A stretch of 11,125 nucleotides of DNA from Terrimicrobiaceae bacterium (GCA_041752695.1 JBGSVZ010000128.1:1-11125); one strand, 5' to 3'. Counted from the first letter of the stretch, positions 1 through 8,584 are shown. The notes: generated from the letters alone by a model not told the origin. Program-made: numbers and translations.

Positions 1-1056
1 GCGGCGGGGCTCGTCCGGCGGGGCCACGAGGTCAAAGTCATCACGGCCGGACTCCGCCATTTACCCGCTCGGGAAACCCGCGACGGGGTGGAGATTCATC
101 GCGCCGCCTCCTTTCGCAAAAGGGAAGACACGTGCTCGGTCCCCGAAATGGTGCTCTATCTGCTCACAAATATTCTGCCCGCCTGGAAGCTGGCGCGCAC
201 GTGGCGGCCGGATGTGATTCATGTCCATTTCGCGGTGCCTTCGGGCGCTGTCGCCCTTCCGGTCCACCTCGCCACCGGCATCCCGTATGTGCTTACCGCG
301 CACCTCGGCGACGTCCCCGGGGGCGTCCCGGAACAAACCGCCGGCCTGTTCCGACTCGTTGATCCACTCGCCCGCTTCATCTGGAAAAAAGCGGCAAAAA
401 TCACCACGGTGAGCGGTCATGTGGCCGGACTCGCCCGCTCCGCCTATGGGGCCGAGGCGAAGGTCATCCTCAACGGCGTTCCCGCGTCGCAACGCCCGGA
501 ACTTTCTCTGCAGTCCCCGCGCCGTCTCCTCCTCGTCGGCCGGCTGAGCGTGCAAAAAAATCCCCTGCTCGCCGTCGAGGCCCTGGCCCTCTTGCGCGAT
601 CTGCCATGGACGCTGGGCGTGATTGGCGAAGGCCCGCTCTCCGCGGATCTGCGCGTCGCCGCGACCCGTCTGGACATCGCCGACCGCATCACCTTCCACG
701 GCTGGCTTGCCGCCCCGGAGGTCGCCGCGCAGATGGCGGCTGCGGATATTTTGCTCATGACCTCGCTGCACGAAGGCCTGCCCATGGTCGCGGTCGAGGC
801 GCTTCAGCATGGGCTCGCCATCGTCGGGAGCGACATCGGGGGACTGCACGATGTGATCGCGGATGGGGCGAACGGTTTCCTCTGCGCCCTCACGCCCGAA
901 GCCTTTTCCGCGCGGCTGCGTGCCTTGCTCACGGACAAGACTCTCCTCCTCGCCGCTCGCCGGGCCTCGAGGGAAAAGGCCACGGATTTTGACCTCGAAA
1001 AAACGCTCGGCACCTATGAGCAGGTGTTGCTTGATGCCGCCGCACGCCCTTCATAA
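1..1056 (+). CDS. Glycosyltransferase family 4 (GT-B fold), 5'-truncated by the window edge
   Basis: Frame is open from base 1 (AAGLVRRGHEVKVITA, a typical GT4 N-terminus). Motifs: PDVIHVH, VLTAH, VGRLSVQKN, EGLPMVAVEA (EX7E), SDIGGLHDVI. Stop TAA at 1054-1056. Confidence 0.92.
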   Translation, partial: AAGLVRRGHEVKVITAGLRHLPARETRDGVEIHRAASFRKREDTCSVPEMVLYLLTNILPAWKLARTWRPDVIHVHFAVPSGAVALPVHLATGIPYVLTAHLGDVPGGVPEQTAGLFRLVDPLARFIWKKAAKITTVSGHVAGLARSAYGAEAKVILNGVPASQRPELSLQSPRRLLLVGRLSVQKNPLLAVEALALLRDLPWTLGVIGEGPLSADLRVAATRLDIADRITFHGWLAAPEVAAQMAAADILLMTSLHEGLPMVAVEALQHGLAIVGSDIGGLHDVIADGANGFLCALTPEAFSARLRALLTDKTLLLAARRASREKATDFDLEKTLGTYEQVLLDAAARPS

Positions 1057-1068
1057 TCTCGACACTTT

Positions 1069-1815
1069 ATGGATTCCGAGAAACTCTGGCGGGGGCTGCG
1101 CCCCGAAACGCGCAATCAGTTGGGGTCCCGCGACTATTCCGCCGCGGAGGTCGAGAAACGCCTCGCCCACGACGGCCTGGAAGCGCACACCGCCCTCGCC
1201 ATGCAGCGCGTCCTGGAGGACACCGCCGCCTGGATCCCCGGCGTGGAGTTGCTCGCCCGTCACGTCCATCCCCAGCGCCATCGCGGGATCTTTTCGGAAC
1301 TCGGCCGCGAGGGCGAGGGACGCCTGGGCGAGATCGGCCTCTGGCCGAAACAATGGGCGACCGCCCGCATGTTCACCGGCACCGCCAAGGGCTTTCACAT
1401 CCATCCCCCCCACGTGCCGGATGGCGAGGAACCCGCGGCCTGGTTTGCCAGACTCTTCTCCGGCGAAGACCCGCCCCTCTCCCTGCGACCTTACGATCGC
1501 GAGCAGTGGGACGTGATGTTCTTTCTGCAAGGCCGCCTCGATCTCATTCTCTGTGACGAACGGGCCGGACTCCCGCGCCGCGTCATGCGCCTGTTCATCG
1601 ATGGCGACAATCACCGCGGTCCGAACAACGCCGCCGTCGTCATTCCCGCCGGCGTCGCCCACGCTCTCCGCACCGAGGGCGGCGAAGACCTTGTGATGGT
1701 CTACGGCACCTCGACCGTCTTCTCCCCCGCCTTCGAAGGCCGCATCGCCAACGAGGTCGAGAGCATGCCGTTCCCGCCTGAGTGGGCCGCCTACCTCGGC
1801 AACGCTTCGAGGTAG
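1069..1815 (+). CDS. dTDP-4-dehydrorhamnose 3,5-epimerase family (RmlC-like cupin) protein, divergent
   Basis: Motifs HRGIFSE, KGFHIH, IPAGVAHAL and VYGTS parallel the RmlC motifs DxRGxF, RGLH, IPxGxAHG and the catalytic Tyr. It neighbours rfbA and starts 12 bp after the GT4 stop. Confidence 0.75.
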   Translation: MDSEKLWRGLRPETRNQLGSRDYSAAEVEKRLAHDGLEAHTALAMQRVLEDTAAWIPGVELLARHVHPQRHRGIFSELGREGEGRLGEIGLWPKQWATARMFTGTAKGFHIHPPHVPDGEEPAAWFARLFSGEDPPLSLRPYDREQWDVMFFLQGRLDLILCDERAGLPRRVMRLFIDGDNHRGPNNAAVVIPAGVAHALRTEGGEDLVMVYGTSTVFSPAFEGRIANEVESMPFPPEWAAYLGNASR

Positions 1816-2657
1816 GACCGGTAACTGTTTTTCGGCATCGCCGCAATCGTCCGGTCGAACTCCGCCGCGTCGATGAATCCCATGTGCAGGGCGATCTCCT
1901 CCAGGCACGCGATTTTTACACCCTGGCGGTGTTCCAGCGTCGCAATGTAGTCGCTCGCCTCCAACAAACTTTCCGGCGTGCCCGTATCCAGCCAGGCCAC
2001 CCCCCGCCCCAACGGCGCAACATACAACTCCCGGCGCCGCAGGTACTCGCGGTTCACGTCGGTGATCTCCAACTCCCCACGCGGCGATGGTTTCAGGTTC
2101 CGGCAGATCTCGCCGATGTGGGTGTCATAAACATAGAGGCCCGGCACCGCAAAGTTGCTCCGGGGTTTGGCCGGCTTTTCTTCGATGGAAAGCGCCCTCC
2201 CCTCCGCGTCGAACTCAATCACGCCATACCGCTCGGGATCACTCACCGGACAGGCAAAAATCGTCGCGCCCTGCTCCCGGGCCAGCGCCTGACGGAAAAA
2301 ATCCAGTTTGCCGTGGAAAATGTTGTCCCCCAGCACAAGGGCCGCGCCGTCCCCGTCGAGGAACTGTTCCCCAATCAGAAACGCCTGCGCAATCCCCTCG
2401 GGTTTCGGCTGCTCGGCATAATCGATGCGCATGCCAAACCGCGAACCGTCCTCAAACAGCATGCGGAACATCGGCAGATCTTTCGGCGTCGAGATGATCA
2501 GGACCTCCCGGATCCCGCCCAGCATCAGAACGGACAAGGGATAATACACCATCGGCTTGTCGTAGATGGGCAGCAGTTGTTTACAGACAATGCGGGTGAG
2601 AGGGTCGAGCCGGGTGCCGGCGCCGCCCGCCAGGAGAATGCCTTTGCGGTTGGTCAT
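1791..2657 (-). CDS. rfbA: Glucose-1-phosphate thymidylyltransferase (RfbA/RmlA), 288 aa
   Basis: MTNRKGILLAGGAGTRLDPLT, KQLLPIYDKPM, LVLGDNIF, IEEKP, RGELEITD, WLDTG. The ATG at 2657 overlaps the upstream TGA (ATGA). The ORF-track extension to 3260 is an alternate frame of the upstream gene. Confidence 0.96.
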   Translation of the reverse strand: MTNRKGILLAGGAGTRLDPLTRIVCKQLLPIYDKPMVYYPLSVLMLGGIREVLIISTPKDLPMFRMLFEDGSRFGMRIDYAEQPKPEGIAQAFLIGEQFLDGDGAALVLGDNIFHGKLDFFRQALAREQGATIFACPVSDPERYGVIEFDAEGRALSIEEKPAKPRSNFAVPGLYVYDTHIGEICRNLKPSPRGELEITDVNREYLRRRELYVAPLGRGVAWLDTGTPESLLEASDYIATLEHRQGVKIACLEEIALHMGFIDAAEFDRTIAAMPKNSYRSYLEALPR

Positions 2658-4516
2658 GGATACGTGGGAGATGGAGAGGTTTTCTGCGGTACGAGGTCTG
2701 GTCGGAAGTAAAGCTCCTGACGCCGAAAATTGCCAGCATGCGTGTAGTTGGCCTGGATCCACGCGTAGGTCTCCGCCGCCCAGTTTTTGAAACGCGATCC
2801 CTCCGTCTGATTCACCGCGCGGTTGTCGATCACGATCGCCGCCGGACGAAACCGCCCGATCTTCTCCAGCGTTTCCCGATGGAAATTCGACACGTTGTGC
2901 GCGTTGTCGATGTAGAGGTTGTATTCGTAGGCCGGTCGGTCCGTCATGAAATTGATCGTCGGCTGATACGGGTAGCAGGCCACGTAGTCCCCGGGCTGGG
3001 TGGTCGTCCGGATCAGGTCGGCCAGCGCCTGAATCTCCTCCCGCTCGCCCTTTTTCAGGAACACCCGCACCCCATTCCCGGCGATCATCTCGCGGTTGCG
3101 CTTTTCCCGCGCCGCAATGGTTCCGGCCGATTCCTTGGGAAAGGCATGGAAGACATACAGCACCGTCGTGCCCGCACACAGCAGCACCACACTTCCTCCC
3201 AGCACCCGGCCGGCCAGCCCGGCCCGGCGCGCCACCTGCGCCCCCGTCCAGGCCGCACACGCCATCGCCACCAGAAATGGCACCATCAGCTCCGACAGAT
3301 GGGGCGTATCCGGACGGAAAAAGAAAAACTGCGGAAACAGGGTCAGGGCCGACCCCATGCTGATCAACAAAATCATCGCCCGCTCGCGCAGCACCTCATC
3401 CCTTCGGAAGACCGCCACCAGCCAGGCCAGCGACGCCGGAAAAATCACCGCCACCGCCACCAAAATGGGCAGGTAGGTCACCACCGGAAAAACCCGCTCG
3501 GACCAACTTTTTGCCTCTGCCGCGTTCTCCAGGGATTTTTTTTGCAGATATTCTTTTTGATCCAGATCCCGCACTTCCGCCGCCTCACCCGTCCCCTTCG
3601 TCGCCAGCCACATCCCGATAAATTGCACCCGCGACGGCGTGTAAACCGGCCGCGCGGCCGGCGAGGGTTCGAACGGATCGAACCCCATCTTGTCCACCAA
3701 CAGGCTGTGAATCAGCCCCGCCCATCCCGTGTATTGCCCGGCAAACGCCTCCGCATACCCGCGCTTTTTCGCGTCGAGGTAAAACGGCGCATGCGTTGCC
3801 ACCAGCCCCCCGCCGAGCAGGGCCAGCCCCGCCGCGGCCAGCCCGACATTGCGCCGCCAGCCTCCCGCCCGCGCCAGCGGAAACAGCACAATCAGCCCCA
3901 GCAGGATCAACAGAAAAAACAACCCGAGATCAACCCGCACCAGAAACGTCAGTCCCAGCGACAACCCCGCTCCCAGCATCCACCCCGCCTGCCGCACCGC
4001 CGTCCGCTGGGTGAAAACATAGGCCTGGAGGAACACGAGCATGTTCAGCACCACCAGAAACGCCATGTAGTTGCGGAACAGCATCCCGGGGATCAGCACC
4101 GGCAACAGCGCCACCCCCGTGGCATACCAGCCCGCCCCCGTCACCCGCCGCACGATAAAAAACGCCATCACGCCGGTCAGCGTGCAAAGCGCAAAAAAGA
4201 AGATCCGCAATGCAATGTAGCTCGGCCCGAAAATCTCGAAGAGCCACACCACCGGGTAAAACCACATCAGGTTATAACCCAGAAACGTCTCCTTGATCGG
4301 CAACCACCCGTCCATCAATCGCATCGCGACCACCGCCACCGTCCCGCCCTCACCTCCCAGATTCAGCCCACTCCGGTAGTAGGCCGCGTAGTAGAAAAAC
4401 GCCACCAACACCACCACCGCCCAACCCCCTCGCCGGAGCAGGTCCTCCGCCCCCACACACACCCGGTGCCGCCGGCACCAGGCAAGAAAAGTCGGGATTA
4501 TTTGGGAAAACTGCAT
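2654..4516 (-). CDS. Polytopic membrane protein, probable GT-C (ArnT/PMT-like) glycosyltransferase, 620 aa
   Basis: About 10-12 hydrophobic segments. The first loop GEG...RLMDGWLPIKETFLGYN resembles the GT-C 'DEG...G..PY.D' loop. It has a soluble C-terminal domain and is translationally coupled to rfbA. Confidence 0.65.
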   Translation of the reverse strand: MQFSQIIPTFLAWCRRHRVCVGAEDLLRRGGWAVVVLVAFFYYAAYYRSGLNLGGEGGTVAVVAMRLMDGWLPIKETFLGYNLMWFYPVVWLFEIFGPSYIALRIFFFALCTLTGVMAFFIVRRVTGAGWYATGVALLPVLIPGMLFRNYMAFLVVLNMLVFLQAYVFTQRTAVRQAGWMLGAGLSLGLTFLVRVDLGLFFLLILLGLIVLFPLARAGGWRRNVGLAAAGLALLGGGLVATHAPFYLDAKKRGYAEAFAGQYTGWAGLIHSLLVDKMGFDPFEPSPAARPVYTPSRVQFIGMWLATKGTGEAAEVRDLDQKEYLQKKSLENAAEAKSWSERVFPVVTYLPILVAVAVIFPASLAWLVAVFRRDEVLRERAMILLISMGSALTLFPQFFFFRPDTPHLSELMVPFLVAMACAAWTGAQVARRAGLAGRVLGGSVVLLCAGTTVLYVFHAFPKESAGTIAAREKRNREMIAGNGVRVFLKKGEREEIQALADLIRTTTQPGDYVACYPYQPTINFMTDRPAYEYNLYIDNAHNVSNFHRETLEKIGRFRPAAIVIDNRAVNQTEGSRFKNWAAETYAWIQANYTHAGNFRRQELYFRPDLVPQKTSPSPTYP

Positions 4517-4521
4517 CAGCG

Positions 4522-4550
4522 TTGCTCTTCGAATCGTACCATTTTAGCTT
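4522..4550. promoter_or_regulatory. Putative overlapping bidirectional sigma70-type promoters
   Basis: On +: TTGCTC (4522-4527), 17 bp, TAGCTT (4545-4550). On -: extended -10 TG-G-TACGAT (4541-4533). Both lie in the only gap (34-43 bp) between two divergent genes. Confidence 0.4.
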
Positions 4551-4559
4551 ATGAACGCC

Positions 4560-5720
4560 ATGTCCATCTCCGAGCAAATCGCCGCCCGTAAATTCCCCGC
4601 CTTCAGCCTGTCGCGCCTCCTGCGCGGCACCTTCGAGCCCAAGGCCGGGCAGAAAATCTGCATCCTCATCGACCTCGACGATCCCCGCGAGATCACGGAT
4701 TTCGCCTTCCTGAAAAACCCCGACCTCTCCATCCAGCGCAACGCCGTCACCTACTTCTACGAGGCCCTGCGCGACGGCGTCCTCGCCGAACTCGGCCTCA
4801 CCGGCGGCGAAATTTTCGCCTACCAGGTCACCGGTGGCAGTAATCTCGACCTGCCTGACCTCGCCATCACTCCCGAAGGCCGCGACGTCAGTCTCGAACG
4901 CGACGTCTACCCGCACTACGACCTCATCCTCTGCATCTCCACCTATTCCGCCACCGCCCCCCTCACCGCCTTCGCCAAAAAATACGGCTTCCGCGGTGCC
5001 ACCCTCCACGGCGTCAATCAGATCATTCTGAATAGCGGTCTCACCGTGGATTACGACGACGTCAGCCGTGACGCCGAAAAACTTCGCCTCGGCATGACCC
5101 GCGCCGACTGGGTCGAAATCGATTTCCTCCACGACGGCACCACCCACACCCTCCACCTCGACCTCGGACAGCAGGAGGCCCAGAAAAGCCATGGCCTCTG
5201 CCGCGGCGACGAGCCCGATGTGGCCAACCTCCCCGCCGGGGAAATTTATTTCGTCCCCACCGGCGCCTCCGGAGCCTTCCCCATGAAATACGAGGACGGC
5301 ACCATTGGCCTCATGCACGTGGCCGGCGGCCGCATCACCCGGGCCGAACTCCTTACCGGAAACGCCGAAACCGTCGTCGCCCACAACCAGAAACTCGTCA
5401 CCGATCCCGTCACCGGCGAACTCGGCGAACTCGGCTTCGGCACCCAGCTCCTGCCCTTCTCCGGCCGCGACATCCAGGACGAAAAAGTCCGCGGCACCAT
5501 CCACGTCGCCACCGGCCGGAGCGACCATCTCGGCGGCTCGCTCACCCCGGAAAAATTCGCCAACCACAAAAACGCCACCCACGACGACATCCTCTTCGCG
5601 CCGCACAAAACCCCCGAAATCCTCGTCACCCAGGCCCGCATGCAGCGCAACGGGGACATCCAGGTCCTCATCGAAAACTTCGAACCCTCCGACTACCTCA
5701 ACAACCTCCTCGCTGGCTAA
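4560..5720 (+). CDS. Peptidase M29 (aminopeptidase T-like) family metalloprotein
   Basis: C-terminal metal-ligand pattern NLPAGE...LGELGFG...DEK..GTIHVATG...HDD matches the E/E/E/H/H/D ligands of M29. An alternative ATG lies at 4551. Confidence 0.8.
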   Translation: MSISEQIAARKFPAFSLSRLLRGTFEPKAGQKICILIDLDDPREITDFAFLKNPDLSIQRNAVTYFYEALRDGVLAELGLTGGEIFAYQVTGGSNLDLPDLAITPEGRDVSLERDVYPHYDLILCISTYSATAPLTAFAKKYGFRGATLHGVNQIILNSGLTVDYDDVSRDAEKLRLGMTRADWVEIDFLHDGTTHTLHLDLGQQEAQKSHGLCRGDEPDVANLPAGEIYFVPTGASGAFPMKYEDGTIGLMHVAGGRITRAELLTGNAETVVAHNQKLVTDPVTGELGELGFGTQLLPFSGRDIQDEKVRGTIHVATGRSDHLGGSLTPEKFANHKNATHDDILFAPHKTPEILVTQARMQRNGDIQVLIENFEPSDYLNNLLAG

Positions 5721-5734
5721 ACAGCGGGTACCCA

Positions 5735-6042
5735 TGGAGGGTTTCGGGCCCTCGGAACCCCACACCAAGAACGCAACGCCCTCCACTCCCACCGTGGAGG
5801 GTGCCGGGCTGCCGATGAAAAATCGCCCTCGGGGCTTTCCTGCGCAAAGGCGATCTTCGCGTGCTCTCCGATTCTCGAAACCCACGCCAACCCTGGAGGG
5901 TTTCGGGCCCTCGAAACCCCACACCAAGAGCGCTACGCCCTCCACTCCCACCATGGAGGGTGCCGGGTTGCCGATAAAGAATCGCCCTCCGGGCTTTGCT
6001 GCGCAAAGGCTATCTCCGCATGCGCTCCGATTCTCGAAACCC
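5735..6042 (+). repeat. Array 1 of GGAG-tagged palindromic (REP-like) repeats: A-B-A-B, a tandem duplication of a 159-bp unit
   Basis: Short A units (TGGAG-GGTTTCG-ggccct-CGRAACC-C) at 5735-5760 and 5894-5919. Long B units (89 bp, same ends with an internal insert) at 5795-5883 and 5954-6042. Confidence 0.9.
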
Positions 6043-6108
6043 AGGAATGCTTAGCGAAACGCCCGCCCCTCCCCAAGGCACGCTCATTAGGGCGGTTTAA
6101 AAAATAGG

Positions 6109-6213
6109 GTAGCCGGAGCTTGATTGTAGTCGCCTCGCTTTGCCTTCGGCCATCTCCGCAAAGCTCCGGTTGCCGAGGCGTCTTGGGGCACCCCGACAGA
6201 GCGGGGTGGCTAC
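6109..6213. repeat. Cluster of GTAG-tagged REP-like palindromes (interleaved pair plus an inverted partner)
   Basis: GTAG-CCGGAGCTT (6109-6121) pairs with AAGCTCCGG (6161-6169). GTAG-T-CGCCTCG (6126-6137) pairs with CGAGGCG (6174-6180). On -, GTAG-C-CACCCCG-ctctgt-CGGGGTG spans 6213-6189. Confidence 0.7.
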
Positions 6214-6347
6214 AGCTACTGATACTGCTCATCCGCGCCATCCGTGGACGCTCTCTCAAAAACTTTCCTTTTCTTTTTAAAATACAACCGGACGCATGAG
6301 GATTCCGGATTGCTCCCACAATTCCGGTCACTATTATTTTGGCTAAT

Positions 6348-6800
6348 ATGAGTGCGTTCCCCAGTCTGTTGTTTCCTGCGTATTCACTCACGACTCCTCT
6401 GATCTTCGGGGCCTGCGGGTCAGGTCTGGTCGTGGCGCTCGGTTTGCAATGTGTCACCCGCCGCCCCAACCTCCAGGCCAAAGAACGCTATCTCAAGGCG
6501 TTGGGCTACGGAGGGACTTTCGGCGTTGCCGCCTGCATTTTTATCCTCATGGCGTTTGAAGGGACTGGACGCCCCAAACTCACCCCTGCGGAACTGGCCA
6601 ACACCGCCGTCCTCGGGTTTGTCACAGCCGGCCTCGTGGCCTTGCTCGTCTTGGGGATGCTTTCCTGGCTCGTCTCCTGGTGGGACGGATCGCCCGGCAA
6701 AGAACAACGTCCCCTCACGTCTCGGCCCTACGGAGAACCGATCCGCTCGGAAATCAGCCCCAGACCAGCCATTTCCACCCGCCGGGCGTCTCGCGGATAA
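6348..6800 (+). CDS. Hypothetical membrane protein, about 150 aa, three predicted TM segments with a basic Pro/Arg-rich tail
   Basis: ATG at 6348 follows an AT-rich promoter-like stretch (6255-6347). Three hydrophobic helices are visible. No family recognised. Confidence 0.6.
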   Translation: MSAFPSLLFPAYSLTTPLIFGACGSGLVVALGLQCVTRRPNLQAKERYLKALGYGGTFGVAACIFILMAFEGTGRPKLTPAELANTAVLGFVTAGLVALLVLGMLSWLVSWWDGSPGKEQRPLTSRPYGEPIRSEISPRPAISTRRASRG

Positions 6801-7011
6801 GCCAGATCCGCCCTGCCATTTCCGCGGCGAGTTACGATAGGCCGCCCACAAGCACGGGATTCACCCGGAGCTTCTGTTGCCTGGTCCGCCCCTCGTCGGC
6901 GTCATCCGTAGTTTCCGGGCAATCCGCAGTCCTCATTTCCGCTTTTTGGCCAACGCCGTCGTGCCTTTCCACGATTGCCAGCCCTCGGCCTTTCTGCAAG
7001 ACAACCAGACC

Positions 7012-8571
7012 ATGCGCTTCTCACCCGCACAGAGTTTGGAAATTCCCACCGGTCCCCATCTCCTCAAACACGGCCTCGCCACCGATCCCGATGGCCCCGC
7101 CCTGGTTTCCCCGGGCGTGCGGTGGAGCTGGCGGGAACTCGACGAACACAGCAACCGCCTCGCCGCCGGTTTGCTCGGCCTCGGACTCGAACCCGGCGAC
7201 CGCATCGCATCGCTCCTGCCTAATGGCCCGGAACTCGTCATCCACTACCTCGCCTGCTTCAAAAGCGGCCTCGTCGCCACCCCCCTCAATTACCGCTACA
7301 TGCCGCCTGAGATCGATCACGCCCTCGCCGTCAGCGAAGCGAGGATCCTCCTCATCCACGCCGACCGCCTGCCGGACCTCACCGCCAGCCAGCGGGCCGG
7401 CCAGCTTCCCCTGGGCAAAATCCTCCACGGTGCCCACGGGGAACCCGGCCCCCACTTCGAAGACCTCGTTCAGACAAATCCCCCCGACCCTCTTCCGCAG
7501 CCCCCCGACGTCTCCGCTCCCGCCGTGATCTTTTTCACCTCCGGCAGCACCGGCCTCCCCAAAGGCGTCACCCACACCCAAGAAACCACCGCGTGGATGT
7601 TTGCCAACGCCGCCGCCGGTCTCGAGATCACCCCCGCCGACCGCATGCTCGCCGCCTCGTCCCTCTCCCACGTCGGAGCCTTCTACCTCACCTTCGCCGC
7701 CCTTAGCGTCGGCGCCGGCATCGTCGTCCCCCGCACCCTCGACGGCGACGAACTCCTCCCCCTCCTCCACGACGAAAAACCCTCCGTCCTTTCCATGCTT
7801 CCGGCCGCCCTCTTCGCCCTCGTCCGCGACCACAACGCCACCCTGGAAACCTTCGCCTCCCTCCGACTGTGCCGCTCCGCCGGCGACACCGTCGCAGCAG
7901 AACTCGAACGCGAATTCACCGCCCTTACCGGCCTCATCATCGACGAGGCCTACGGTATGTGCGAGACCGGCATCATCACCGTCAATCCTCCCTCCGGCCG
8001 CATCATCATGGGCTCCGTCGGCCAGCCCGTGCCCCATGTCACCCTCTCCCTCCGCAACGACGACGGACACGAATTACCCCCCGGCAGCGACGGCCGCGTC
8101 TGGATCCAATCCCCCGCCGCCACCGTGGGCTATTGGGAAAATCCCGAGGCCACCAACGAACTCTTCCGCGACGGCTGGCTCGACTCCGGCGACGTCATGC
8201 GGGCCGACCAGGACGGCTACTACTACTTCCGCGGCCGCAAAAAACAGATCATCGTCCACGACGGCTCGAACATCTGCCCGCAGGAAATCGAAAGCGTCCT
8301 GCTCGACCACCCAGCCGTGGCCACCGCGGGCGTCATCGGCATCCACGATCTCATTCACGGCGAAAACGTCCGCGCCTATATCACCCTCAAGCCCGAAACC
8401 GAACCTCCCACCAGCCAGGAACTCATCCGCTTCGCCCGCTCCCGGGTCGGCTACAAAGCCCCGGACGAAATCGTCGTCCTCGACGAAATGCCCCTCACCC
8501 CCTCCGGGAAAGTCAACCGCACCGCCCTCAAACAACGGGCCGAAGAAAATATCCACCGCAGCACCCCCTGA
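7012..8571 (+). CDS. AMP-binding acyl-CoA synthetase / class I adenylate-forming enzyme, 519 aa
   Basis: FFTSGSTGLPKGV (P-loop), EAYGMCET, WLDSGD, RGRKKQII, PSGKVNR (A10 Lys). First ATG is at 7012; the ORF track extends to an upstream TTG at 6877. Confidence 0.92.
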   Translation: MRFSPAQSLEIPTGPHLLKHGLATDPDGPALVSPGVRWSWRELDEHSNRLAAGLLGLGLEPGDRIASLLPNGPELVIHYLACFKSGLVATPLNYRYMPPEIDHALAVSEARILLIHADRLPDLTASQRAGQLPLGKILHGAHGEPGPHFEDLVQTNPPDPLPQPPDVSAPAVIFFTSGSTGLPKGVTHTQETTAWMFANAAAGLEITPADRMLAASSLSHVGAFYLTFAALSVGAGIVVPRTLDGDELLPLLHDEKPSVLSMLPAALFALVRDHNATLETFASLRLCRSAGDTVAAELEREFTALTGLIIDEAYGMCETGIITVNPPSGRIIMGSVGQPVPHVTLSLRNDDGHELPPGSDGRVWIQSPAATVGYWENPEATNELFRDGWLDSGDVMRADQDGYYYFRGRKKQIIVHDGSNICPQEIESVLLDHPAVATAGVIGIHDLIHGENVRAYITLKPETEPPTSQELIRFARSRVGYKAPDEIVVLDEMPLTPSGKVNRTALKQRAEENIHRSTP

Positions 8572-8584
8572 TTTCTGCCCCACC

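Noticed and set aside
2658..3260. 200-aa N-terminal extension of RfbA in the ORF track
   Set aside because: It is an alternate frame within the upstream membrane-protein gene. RfbA homology starts at ATG 2657.
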